A DNA stretch of 64,000 bases from an uncultured Candidatus Rokubacteria bacterium. GTDB lineage: Bacteria; Methylomirabilota; Methylomirabilia; Rokubacteriales; CSP1-6. The translations under genes were made by a program, and so were the position numbers. The stretch's first letter is position 1. Every line of letters begins with the position of its first letter. The stretch covers positions 6,329 to 70,328 of the forward strand of contig CAVTGC010000005.1 in the NCBI GenBank assembly GCA_963734175.1. The letters are read 5' to 3'. Under the pieces are notes generated by a model. It was given only the letters and a program-made list of their open reading frames with translations. It was not told the origin of the DNA and ran no database searches. Below are positions 47,969-56,665 of this stretch, in pieces.

Positions 47969-48822
47969 TGGACCGCGCCTTCCCGATCGTCAGGCACCCG
48001 GCGCCGGACCGGCGCACGCCCGTTCTGGTGAGCGTGCCCCACTACGGGACCGAACCCCTGCCGCACATCACCCGCGAGGACTACGTCGAGCCGCGGTTCG
48101 AGACCTTCGCTTACGGGTTCGCCGACACCTTCGCCAGCGACCTCTACGGCGACCTGCACGAGCACGGCGCCACCGTCCTGGCCACCCCGGTATCGCGGAT
48201 GTTCGTGGACGTCAACCGACGGCGCGACGATTTCGAGCTGCACGACGGCGAGGTCCGCTCGCGCCGCGGGGTGGTGCGCACGCACACGATGCGGGAGGTG
48301 GCCATCTTCGCCCGGCCCCTCGGGGTGGCCGAGCTGGAGGAACGCCTGCGGGCGCTCTACGACCCGTACTACGCCACGCTGGAGCGACTGCTCGGCGAGC
48401 TGCAGCAGACCTACGGGCACGCGCTGCTGCTGGACGGGCACACCGGCAGCCCCCGCCGGATGCACGACCACCAGGTCATCATCGGCACCCGCCACGACGC
48501 GACGTGCGACGCGCGGCTGGCCCTGGCCGTGGGCGAGATCTTCGGCCGCCACGGCTTCGAGGTGCACCAGAACGTCAGCGGCTACACCGGCGGCAACATC
48601 GTCGCCACCTACGGCCACCCGCAGGCGCGGCGGGTGCACGCCCTGCAGCTGGAGATCAACGCTTCGCTGCTGATGACCACCAGCCGCGAGGAGTACATCG
48701 CGCACATCACGCGGGGAGGCGTGCCGGAGAAGGCGGAGGCGAACATTGCGCGGGTGCGCGCGTGCCTGCTGGAGGTGGTGGCGGCGCTGCCGGCGGTGCT
48801 GGCGTCCGTCTGCGAGGCGTAG
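47968..48822 (+). CDS. N-formylglutamate amidohydrolase family
   Basis: LVSVPHYG, ADTF, SRMFVDVNR, YDPYY, LLDGHT, HALQLEIN. Confidence 0.85.
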   Translation: MDRAFPIVRHPAPDRRTPVLVSVPHYGTEPLPHITREDYVEPRFETFAYGFADTFASDLYGDLHEHGATVLATPVSRMFVDVNRRRDDFELHDGEVRSRRGVVRTHTMREVAIFARPLGVAELEERLRALYDPYYATLERLLGELQQTYGHALLLDGHTGSPRRMHDHQVIIGTRHDATCDARLALAVGEIFGRHGFEVHQNVSGYTGGNIVATYGHPQARRVHALQLEINASLLMTTSREEYIAHITRGGVPEKAEANIARVRACLLEVVAALPAVLASVCEA

Positions 48823-48919
48823 TCGAGGTCGAGCGGCGCCGGTGGCTCGGACCGGCGGCCGCAGTCTCGTATGGGCAAGACCGCAGCGTGGACGTATTCT
48901 TCCCGGCAGGGAGGCCGCC

Positions 48920-49945
48920 ATGACGCGTGCCGCTGCCGAGGTCGCCGTCGCCGGCTGGACGGAGGCCGTCGAGGCGTACTTCGAGCGAGGCTGGACCGAC
49001 GGCCTGCCGGTGGTGCCGGCCACCGCCGAGACCGTGGGCCCGTTCCTGGCGGCGGTCGGCCGGGCTCCCGGCGACGTGGTGCTGAGCGAGACGACGCGGC
49101 GGCGTACCATCACCGCCGAGAAGGTGGCGATCAACGCGGTGCTGGCCGGCTGCCGGCCGGAGTACATGCCGGTGCTGCTCGCCGCGCTCGAGGCGATGGC
49201 CGACCCCGCGTTCACGCTGCACGGTGCCATCACCAGCACGGGCGGCTCGGCCACGCTGGTCGTCGTCAACGGTCCCATCCGGGAGCGCCTCGGCCTCAAC
49301 GCCGCCGGCAATGTCTTCGGCCCCGGCTGGCGGGCCAACGCCACCATCGGCCGCGCCATCCGGCTCATCACGCTCAACTGTCTCGGGGCGCTGCCGGGGC
49401 TGCTCGATCGCTCGACGCAGGGCCACCCGGGCAAGTACTCCTACTGCATCGCCGAGCTGGAGGAGGAGAATCCCTGGGAGCCGCTGCACGTGACGCGCGG
49501 ACTGGCGCCAGGGACGAGCGCGGTGACCGTCTTCGCCGCCGAGGGGCCGCACAACGTGCTGAGCCACTACGGCGAGACGGCGGAGTCGGTGATCGTGGCG
49601 ATGGCCGACACGATGGCCAGCCTGGGTAGCTTCAGCCCCGGCGAGTCCTTCGTCGTCCTGGCCCCGGAGCACGTCCAGATCCTGCACCGCGACGGCTGGA
49701 CGAAGCCGAGCATCCGTGAGGCCCTCTACGCGCGCGCCCGCCGCACCGTTGCCGACCTCAAGCGGGGCGGCAAGACGGCCGGGGCAGTGGTGCCGGCCGA
49801 CGAGACGACGTGGGTGCATCGCGGCCGTGGGCCGGACGACATCCACCTGGTGGTGGCCGGCGGCGGGGCCGGCGGGCACTCGGCCTTCATCCCGTCCTGG
49901 AGCCGCGACCGCAACTCGCTGGCGGTCACAAAGGAGATCCGATGA
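48920..49945 (+). CDS. Conserved uncharacterised partner of UGSC-family (seleno)proteins
   Basis: GWTDGLPVVP, NAVLAGCRPEY, STGG...VVVNGP, RANATIGRA.RL, GHPGKY; GGGAGG RBS; ATGA overlap with the next gene. Confidence 0.75.
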   Translation: MTRAAAEVAVAGWTEAVEAYFERGWTDGLPVVPATAETVGPFLAAVGRAPGDVVLSETTRRRTITAEKVAINAVLAGCRPEYMPVLLAALEAMADPAFTLHGAITSTGGSATLVVVNGPIRERLGLNAAGNVFGPGWRANATIGRAIRLITLNCLGALPGLLDRSTQGHPGKYSYCIAELEEENPWEPLHVTRGLAPGTSAVTVFAAEGPHNVLSHYGETAESVIVAMADTMASLGSFSPGESFVVLAPEHVQILHRDGWTKPSIREALYARARRTVADLKRGGKTAGAVVPADETTWVHRGRGPDDIHLVVAGGGAGGHSAFIPSWSRDRNSLAVTKEIR

Positions 49946-50475
49946 CCCTGAAGATTCTCGATCCGACCGTGAGCGCCGACGCGGCGACCGACGTCGCCGT
50001 CGCCAAGCGCGTCCCCGACCTCGACGGCAAGGTGCTGGGCCTGCTGCACAACGGCAAGGTCAACGGTGATCGCCTGCTCCAGCTCGTCGGCGAGCATCTC
50101 GCGACGCGCTACGGGCTGCGCGACGTGATCGCCGTGCGCAAGCCCAGCGCCAGCCGGGTGGCCGAGGACGTCATCCTCGACCGGCTCGCACGGGAGTGCG
50201 ACGCCGTCGTCACCGCCATCGGCGATTGAGGGTCCTGCTCCACGTGCAGTTTGCACGACGGGATCGAGCTGGATCGACGAGGGGTACCGGCGGCGGTGAT
50301 CTGTACCGATCAGTTCGTGGCCAGCGCCAGAGCCCAGGCAGAGATCTGCGGCAACCCGGGCTATGAGTTCGCGGTCGTGGCCCATCCGCTCGGCAGCCTG
50401 ACGGCCGCCGAGCTGCGGGACCGGGCGGCCGCCGCGGTGCCGCAGGTGATCGCGATCCTCACGGGCACGGCGTGA
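49942..50475 (+). CDS. UGSC-family selenoprotein (177 aa, Sec at codon 96)
   Basis: AAGGAG RBS; the reading frame continues through TGA 50227-50229 as AIGD-U-GSCSTCSLHDGIELDRRGVPAAVIC...HP; SECIS-like hairpin immediately 3'. Confidence 0.88.
50230..50265 (+). promoter_or_regulatory. Putative bacterial SECIS element
   Basis: Lower stem GGTCCTG (50231-37) / CGGGATC (50259-65); upper stem CGTGCA (50243-48) / TGCACG (50252-57); apical loop GTT starting with G, 20 nt after the UGA. Confidence 0.75.
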
Positions 50476-50523
50476 CGCCGCCCGCCGCCCGCCGACGTAT
50501 GCTTGCCAGCTAAGGAGACCGAC

Positions 50524-51576
50524 ATGCGCCACAAGATCGCGTTGATTCCCGGGGACGGCATCGGCAAGGAGGTCGTGCCGGCCGCAGCCCGGGTGCTGGA
50601 CGTCGCCGGCAAGCGGTTCGGCTTCGAGTTCGAGTGGCAGACGTTCGACTGGTCGTGCGAGACGTACGCCAGGACCGGCCGCATGATGCCGGAGGACGGG
50701 CTCGAGCAGCTCCGGAGGTTCGAGTCGATCTTCCTCGGGGCCGTCGGCTTTCCCGGTGTGCCCGACCACGTGTCGCTGTGGGGGCTGTTGATTCCCATCC
50801 GGCGCGGGTTCCACCAGTACATCAACCTGCGCCCCGTGCGGCTGCTCAAGGGGGTGAAGTCGCCGCTGGCCGGGCGGGGGCCGAGCGACATCGACATGCT
50901 GATCGTGCGCGAGAACAACGAGGGCGAGTACTCGGAGATCGGCGGCCGGCTCTACAAGGGCGCGCCGGAGGAGATGGCCGTGCAACAGGCCATCTTCACG
51001 CGCAAGGGGTGCGACCGGGTCATGCGCTTCGCCTTCGAGCAGGCCAAGAAGCGGCGCCAGCACGTGACCTCGGCCACCAAGTCCAACGGCATCATCCACA
51101 GCATGCCGTACTGGGACGAGCGCTTCGCCGCGATGAGCAAGGAGTACCCGGGCATCAAGACCGCGCAGTTCCACATCGACATCCTCACCGCCCACTTCGT
51201 GCAGCACCCCGACTGGTTCGACGTGGTCGTCGGCTCCAACCTGTTCGGCGACATCCTGTCCGACCTCGGCCCCGCCATCGCCGGCTCGATCGGCATCGCG
51301 CCTGGCGGCAACATCAACCCCGAGAAGGAGTACCCGTCCATGTTCGAGCCGGTGCACGGCTCGGCGCCGGACATCGCCGGCAAGAACGTCGCCAACCCGA
51401 TCGCCCAGATCTGGACTGGCGCCATGATGCTCGATCACCTCGGCCACCCCGACGCGGCCACGGCGGTCGTCGGCGCCATCGAGAAGGTGGTCGAGGAGGC
51501 GAAGACGGTCACCCGCGACCTTGGTGGCAAGGCCAGCACGACCGAGGCCGCCGACGCCGTCGCCGCGCTGCTGTAG
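50524..51576 (+). CDS. ttuC: Tartrate dehydrogenase / D-malate dehydrogenase (decarboxylating)
   Basis: IPGDGIGKEV, VPDHVSLWGLLIPIRR, RENNEGEYS, TSATKSNG...MPYWD, NLFGDILSDL, FEPVHGSAPDI. Confidence 0.85.
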   Translation: MRHKIALIPGDGIGKEVVPAAARVLDVAGKRFGFEFEWQTFDWSCETYARTGRMMPEDGLEQLRRFESIFLGAVGFPGVPDHVSLWGLLIPIRRGFHQYINLRPVRLLKGVKSPLAGRGPSDIDMLIVRENNEGEYSEIGGRLYKGAPEEMAVQQAIFTRKGCDRVMRFAFEQAKKRRQHVTSATKSNGIIHSMPYWDERFAAMSKEYPGIKTAQFHIDILTAHFVQHPDWFDVVVGSNLFGDILSDLGPAIAGSIGIAPGGNINPEKEYPSMFEPVHGSAPDIAGKNVANPIAQIWTGAMMLDHLGHPDAATAVVGAIEKVVEEAKTVTRDLGGKASTTEAADAVAALL

Positions 51577-51580
51577 CCCG

Positions 51581-52024
51581 GTGCTCATCCGCCGCTACAG
51601 GCCGGACGACTTCGAGGGCGTCACCGACCTGTGGCGGCGGGCCCGTGTCCACGCCTATGGCGACTTCCAGGTGCGCAAGGGCTACACCCTCGAACGGGAT
51701 CGCGAGTACTTCCGTGAGGTCGTCCAGGTCAGGAACGACCTGTGGGTGGCCGAGGTCGACGATCACCCGGGGGCGTTCATGGCGCTCGCCGGAGACTTCA
51801 TCGACCAGCTCTTCGTCGCGCCGGAGCACCAGCGACGGGGGCTGGGGACGGCGCTGCTCGCGCACGCACGGGGGCTGTCGCCGTCGGGGTTGAGGCTCTA
51901 CACCTTCCAGTTCAACGGCAACGCGCGCGCCTTCTACGAGAAGCACGGGTTCGTCGTGGCCTGCCTCGGCGTCAGCCCGCCGCCGGAGTCCGAGCCCGAC
52001 GTCGAGTACCACTGGCGCCCGTGA
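51581..52024 (+). CDS. GNAT-family acetyltransferase
   Basis: IDQLFVAPEHQRRGLGTALL; N..ARAFYEKHGF. Confidence 0.88.
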   Translation: MLIRRYRPDDFEGVTDLWRRARVHAYGDFQVRKGYTLERDREYFREVVQVRNDLWVAEVDDHPGAFMALAGDFIDQLFVAPEHQRRGLGTALLAHARGLSPSGLRLYTFQFNGNARAFYEKHGFVVACLGVSPPPESEPDVEYHWRP

Positions 52025-52659
52025 ACTACCTCGGCCATGCCGCCGTCGCGACCTGGCGCAGCGACGACCGCGCCTTCGTGCTGGGCGCGATGCTGCCCGA
52101 CTTCGCGACGATGCTCGGCACCCGACCTCCGAGGACGGCGCACGCCGGCCTGGAGTCTGGAATGCAGTTTCACTACCGGACCGACGAGGTGTTCCACCGG
52201 TCCGCCGGTTTCCGGGAGCTGACGCGCTCGGCCTTCGACTGGCTCCTGGCGCGCGGCATGGAGCGGGGGCGGGCCCGCGCGATCGCCCACGTCGGTGTCG
52301 AGCTGCTGCTCGATGCGGACCTGGCGCGCGCGGAGCCGGTGCGCCGGGCGTACGTGGCTGCGCTCCACGGCGGCGCCGAGCACGATCTCGGCCGCCACCT
52401 GAGCTGGGCCGCCCCCGAGGGCCGACTCGGGTTCGAGGATCTCCGGGCGCGGCTGCTCGTACGGGGCGTGGGGGCGGAGGATCCGGCGCCCGCGGTGACG
52501 TCGCAACGCCTTCGGCGAGCGCTGTCCGCGCGTCCGCGACTGGCGCTCGACGACGCCGCTGAGCTCGTCGCGCGCGACTGGGTGACGATGGCGCAGCCCC
52601 ACGTCACGGCGCGGGCCGCCGGGCTCGCGCGCGAGCTGGCCGAGCGTCTCGGCGCCTAG
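52021..52659 (+). CDS. Hypothetical protein, distant AcpH (ACP phosphodiesterase)-like
   Basis: MNYLGHA, LGAMLPDF, GMQFHYRTD..FH, HVGVELLLD resemble the AcpH/HD-like metal-binding pattern. Confidence 0.5.
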   Translation: MNYLGHAAVATWRSDDRAFVLGAMLPDFATMLGTRPPRTAHAGLESGMQFHYRTDEVFHRSAGFRELTRSAFDWLLARGMERGRARAIAHVGVELLLDADLARAEPVRRAYVAALHGGAEHDLGRHLSWAAPEGRLGFEDLRARLLVRGVGAEDPAPAVTSQRLRRALSARPRLALDDAAELVARDWVTMAQPHVTARAAGLARELAERLGA

Positions 52660-53816
52660 CGAGCCGCGTGGGCCAGCGCCCAGGCGCTGGCGCAGAGGAC
52701 GAGGCCGGCCACGATCAGGGGCCGTGAGAAGCTGCCATCCCCGCCGATCGTGTACCTGACCACGATCGGCCCGGCGATCTGGCCGATCGAGAAGGCCGCG
52801 GCCATGGAGGCGATCATCCGGGTGGCGTGGGCCCCGCCGACGCGTCGCCCCTCCTGGAAGCCCGCCATCGTGATGACCGTGAGGGTGCCGCCGACCAGCA
52901 GTGCGCTGGCGATGATGGCGCCGAGCCCCGGGTGAAGGGCGGGCGCGACGACGCCGACCGCCATCACCAGGTGGCCGACGATCCACAGTCGCCGGGTGCC
53001 GAGCGCGGTGACGAAGGTGCCGGCCAGGAACGTCGAGGCGGCGGCAGCGGCGCCGAAGACGGGCCACGCCCAGCCGAAGACGGCCGGGTCGCTGACGACC
53101 TGGCGGGCCATGACGGGCAGGAACGTCGCCGGCACGATGTAGCCGAAGCCGAATGCGCCGTAGCAGATCACGAGCCGTGTCGACTCGGGATGGCGGCGAG
53201 CGGGCTCGGCGAGCTCCGCCCGCGCGACGGGTGAGCGGCTGCCGTCGTCGCCGAAGGAGCGCCAGACGATCGCCGTCAGGGCGAGCGTCAGCCCGCCCAG
53301 GATGATCCAGGCCGTACTGGAGCGCGTCGACACCTGCATGAGCGCGAGGCAGACGCCGCCGGCCGCGGCGATGCCGACGCCGAAGCCGGCGAAGACGGTG
53401 GCGCGCAACGCGGGGGGCTGCTGGGCCAGCCGTTCGAGTGCCCAGGCCGACGTCAGCGGCAGGACCCAGCCCGTGGCGGCGCCGGCGAGCGCGCGCAGGA
53501 CAATCCAGACGGGGAAGGAGCTCTCGAGCCCCATCATGATCGTGGCGGCTCCGATGACGACGAGCCCGCCGCGGATCGCCGCCGGCAGCTGCACCCGCAC
53601 GGCCATCGCGGCCAGCGCTCCCAGGAGCGTGCCGGCGTAGTTGGCGAAGGCGAGCCAGCCGCCGGCCGTGATCGACAGGCCGGCGTCGGCCTGCATCATC
53701 GGCAGGATCGGCGTGAACGCGAACCGGCCGATGCCCATGGGGATCGCCAGGGCCACCATGCCGACGAGCGCCGTGACCAGAGGGGAGCGCGCGGGCGACT
53801 TCGCCGACGTCACCAT
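52656..53816 (-). CDS. YbfB/YjiJ-family MFS transporter
   Basis: MGIGRFAFTPILPMMQ, ANYAG.LLGA, FGFGYIVPATFLP. Confidence 0.88.
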   Translation of the reverse strand: MVTSAKSPARSPLVTALVGMVALAIPMGIGRFAFTPILPMMQADAGLSITAGGWLAFANYAGTLLGALAAMAVRVQLPAAIRGGLVVIGAATIMMGLESSFPVWIVLRALAGAATGWVLPLTSAWALERLAQQPPALRATVFAGFGVGIAAAGGVCLALMQVSTRSSTAWIILGGLTLALTAIVWRSFGDDGSRSPVARAELAEPARRHPESTRLVICYGAFGFGYIVPATFLPVMARQVVSDPAVFGWAWPVFGAAAAASTFLAGTFVTALGTRRLWIVGHLVMAVGVVAPALHPGLGAIIASALLVGGTLTVITMAGFQEGRRVGGAHATRMIASMAAAFSIGQIAGPIVVRYTIGGDGSFSRPLIVAGLVLCASAWALAHAAR

Positions 53817-53844
53817 CGACGTCGGCGAAGGCTTCGCCTGATTC

Positions 53845-55005
53845 CTACCGTGCCCCGTCGTTCGACAGCACCAGCGTTCCCGCCGCTGACAGCATTCCGC
53901 CCATGCCGTTCACCAGCGAGGTCTTGAGGTTGGGCACCTGGCGGGCGTCGCACTCGCCCCGCAGCTGACGGGCGGCCTCGATGATCGGGAAGATGCCGTA
54001 CATGCCGGTGTGCGTGTAGGACAGGCCGCCGCCGTTGGTGTTGATGGGCAGCGAGCCGCCCGGCGTCGAGCGTCCTTCGGTGAAGTACTGCACGCCCTCG
54101 CCGCGCTTGGCGATGCCGAGCGACTCCAGCATGATCGGCGGCCCCGACGTGAAGGCGTCGTACAGCATGATGTGCTGGAAGTCGGTGGGGCCGACGCCGG
54201 CCATGCGGAAGGCCTTGTCGCCCGAGATCCGGGTCGCCTCGCTGAACGTGAGGTCCTTCATCTGGGTGAGGCTGACGTGCTCGGTGCCCTCGCCGAGGCC
54301 CCGCACGTACACGGGCTTCTTGGCGCAGTCCTTCGCGCGATCGGCCCGTGTGAGCACCACGGCGCCGCCGGCGTCGGTGACGAGGCAGATGTTCAGGACC
54401 GTGAACGGCCACACGACCGGCCGCGCCTTCAGCACGTCCGCGACGGTGAGGGGATCGCGCCGCAGCGCCTTGGGGTTGAGCGAGGCCCACTTGCGAGTGG
54501 AGACGGCCACCTGGGCCCACTGCTCGAGCGTGGTGCCGTACTGGTGCATGTGGCGGGTGGTGATGAGACCGAACATCGTCGGCGCCGGGCCGAAGCCGTA
54601 GGGAGCCTCGAACTGGCCGGGGATGGCGGTGTCGCGGCGCGGGCTCACGCCCACCTGCGAGCGGCCGGACTCGCCGTGCGAGATGACGGCCACGTCGCAG
54701 AGGCCGTGGTGGAGGGCGGCCACCGCGTGACCGACCATGATGATGAACGAGCAGCCGCCCACGCTGGTGCCGTCGATGTAGCGCGGCGTGATGCCGAGCG
54801 CCTCGCCGATGGTGGCGGGGGAGTGCTGGCCGGCCGTGAAGATGCCGTCGACGTCGGACACCTTGAGGCCGGCGTCGCGCACGGCGTTGGTGACGGCCTC
54901 GACGTGGAGGCTGAGCTGGCTCTTGTTGGGGAGCGTACCGATCTCGTCGGACTCGTCCACGCCGACGATGCAGGCCACGTTGGAGAGGTCGCGCAGGTTG
55001 GCCAT
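53845..55005 (-). CDS. SCP2-type thiolase-like protein
   Basis: GGCSF, ICLVTDAGGA, MLYDAFT, PINTNGGGLS, IIEAARQLRG. Confidence 0.88.
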   Translation of the reverse strand: MANLRDLSNVACIVGVDESDEIGTLPNKSQLSLHVEAVTNAVRDAGLKVSDVDGIFTAGQHSPATIGEALGITPRYIDGTSVGGCSFIIMVGHAVAALHHGLCDVAVISHGESGRSQVGVSPRRDTAIPGQFEAPYGFGPAPTMFGLITTRHMHQYGTTLEQWAQVAVSTRKWASLNPKALRRDPLTVADVLKARPVVWPFTVLNICLVTDAGGAVVLTRADRAKDCAKKPVYVRGLGEGTEHVSLTQMKDLTFSEATRISGDKAFRMAGVGPTDFQHIMLYDAFTSGPPIMLESLGIAKRGEGVQYFTEGRSTPGGSLPINTNGGGLSYTHTGMYGIFPIIEAARQLRGECDARQVPNLKTSLVNGMGGMLSAAGTLVLSNDGAR

Positions 55006-55010
55006 GGCCC

Positions 55011-55430
55011 TCACCGTCCCGCCGGCTGGAAGAGTGGCAGCGTGACCTCGTCGGTCAGCTTCTGGAACACGACCTCCACCGGCATGTCGCACTTGAGCTT
55101 CTTGGGATCGGCCTCGACGTTGATGAGGTTGGACAGCAGGCGCGGCCCCTCGGCCAGCTCGACCATGGCCAGCACGTAGGGGGTGGGCACCTTGAAGGCC
55201 TTGTTGAACGACTGGTAGCCGATCTCGAACGAGTGCAGGGTGCCGCGTCCCTTCGACTGGATCCAGCCGATGTTGCGCGCCGAGCACTTCGGGCAGGCCA
55301 CGCGCGGGTACCAGAACACGTGGCCGCAGGCGCCGCACTTCGGCAGCATCAGCTTCTGCTCACGGAGGCCGTCCCAGTAGGGCTTGGATTCCGGCGTCAT
55401 CGGGTTCGGCAGCGGACGATCGATGTCCAT
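55011..55430 (-). CDS. DUF35 Zn-ribbon/OB-fold protein
   Basis: PYWDG, CGACG...PR..CPKC, PYVLAMVELAEGPRLLSN. Confidence 0.9.
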   Translation of the reverse strand: MDIDRPLPNPMTPESKPYWDGLREQKLMLPKCGACGHVFWYPRVACPKCSARNIGWIQSKGRGTLHSFEIGYQSFNKAFKVPTPYVLAMVELAEGPRLLSNLINVEADPKKLKCDMPVEVVFQKLTDEVTLPLFQPAGR

Positions 55431-55459
55431 GGGGCTCCTCTCCTTGTCGGGCGTGCCCG

Positions 55460-55488
55460 AGGCTAGTCGGCGCCCCAGGTCGTGTCAA
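55460..55488 (-). promoter_or_regulatory. Sigma70-type promoter for DUF35/thiolase
   Basis: Minus strand TTGACA (55488-55483), 17-nt spacer, TAGCCT (55465-55460). Confidence 0.6.
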
Positions 55489-55567
55489 GCCTCCCGTGGC
55501 TCCGCATTTCCACCGTGCACGACCGAGAAGCCGAGCGATAATCGGCTCCTCCGGGAGGACGAGACCG

Positions 55568-56665
55568 ATGACGCCGATCATCTCCGCCGACTCACACATC
55601 ACCGAGGCGCCCGGGACCTACCTGGACCGCATCGACCATCGCTTCAAGGACCGGGCGCCGCGGATCGTCCACGATCCCGTGCGCGGCGACCTGTTCGTCA
55701 TCGAAGGGCTCGCCAAGCCCATCCCGATGGGGCTCATCGCCGCCGCCGGCAAGAGTGCCGAGGAGCTGGCGATGTTCAATGCGCGGTTCGAGGACATGCA
55801 CCGGGGCGGCTGGGACCCGGAAGCGCGGCTGCTCGACCAGGACCGCGACGGGGTGCACGGCGAGATTCTCTACCCGACCGTCGGCATGATGATCTGCAAC
55901 CATCCCGACTTCGACTACAAGCAGGCGTGCTTCGACGCCTACAACCTGTGGATCGCCGAGTATTGCGCCGACCATCGCGACCGCTTGTTCGGCATCGGCC
56001 AGACCGCCATGCGCTCGGTCGAGGCCGGCATCGCCGACCTGGCGCAGATCAAGCGGCTGGGACTGCGCGGCGTGATGATGCCGGGCAACCCCGCCGTGGC
56101 CGACTACCACGATCCCATCTACGACCCGTTCTACGAGGCGGCCATCGACCTGGGCTTCCCGCTGAGCTTCCACATCCTGACCAGCAGCGAGGACCAGGGG
56201 CGCACGCGGGGCCCCAAGCTCAACGCCTTCATGCGCATCATCCGCGGCTGCCAGGACATCATCGGCACCTTCGTGTTCGGCGGCGTGTTCGAACGCCACC
56301 CGAAACTGAAGGTGGTCTGCGTGGAGGCCGACGCCGGTTGGGCGCCCCACTTCATGTACCGCATGGACCACGCCTACGACCGCCACCGCTACTGGCTGAC
56401 CTCGGGCATGCTGGCCCGGAAGCCCAGCGAGTACTTCCGCGAGAACGTCTACATGACGTTCCAGGACGACTGGTCGGCCTTCCAGGTGAAGGACCTCTGC
56501 AACATCCGCCGCCTGCTGTGGGCCAACGACTTCCCCCACAGCGACTCCACGTGGCCCAACTCGCAGGCCCTGCTCGCCCAGCACGCCGCCCACCTGACCG
56601 ACGCCGAGCGCCGGCTGGTGCTGCACGACAACGTCGCCGAGCTGTACGGGCTCAGCCGCCCTTAG
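55568..56665 (+). CDS. Amidohydrolase family 2 protein
   Basis: SADSHITE, LSFHIL, VFERHPKLKVVCVEA, WANDFPHSDSTWP. Confidence 0.9.
   Translation: MTPIISADSHITEAPGTYLDRIDHRFKDRAPRIVHDPVRGDLFVIEGLAKPIPMGLIAAAGKSAEELAMFNARFEDMHRGGWDPEARLLDQDRDGVHGEILYPTVGMMICNHPDFDYKQACFDAYNLWIAEYCADHRDRLFGIGQTAMRSVEAGIADLAQIKRLGLRGVMMPGNPAVADYHDPIYDPFYEAAIDLGFPLSFHILTSSEDQGRTRGPKLNAFMRIIRGCQDIIGTFVFGGVFERHPKLKVVCVEADAGWAPHFMYRMDHAYDRHRYWLTSGMLARKPSEYFRENVYMTFQDDWSAFQVKDLCNIRRLLWANDFPHSDSTWPNSQALLAQHAAHLTDAERRLVLHDNVAELYGLSRP

Noticed and set aside
49810-50475. Two separate small genes (49810-50229 and 50251-50475), as in the ORF track, or a nonsense pseudogene
   Set aside because: Same frame, the UGA sits in the UGSC motif, a SECIS-like hairpin follows, and the second piece has no RBS or canonical start. 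A single selenoprotein explains it better.
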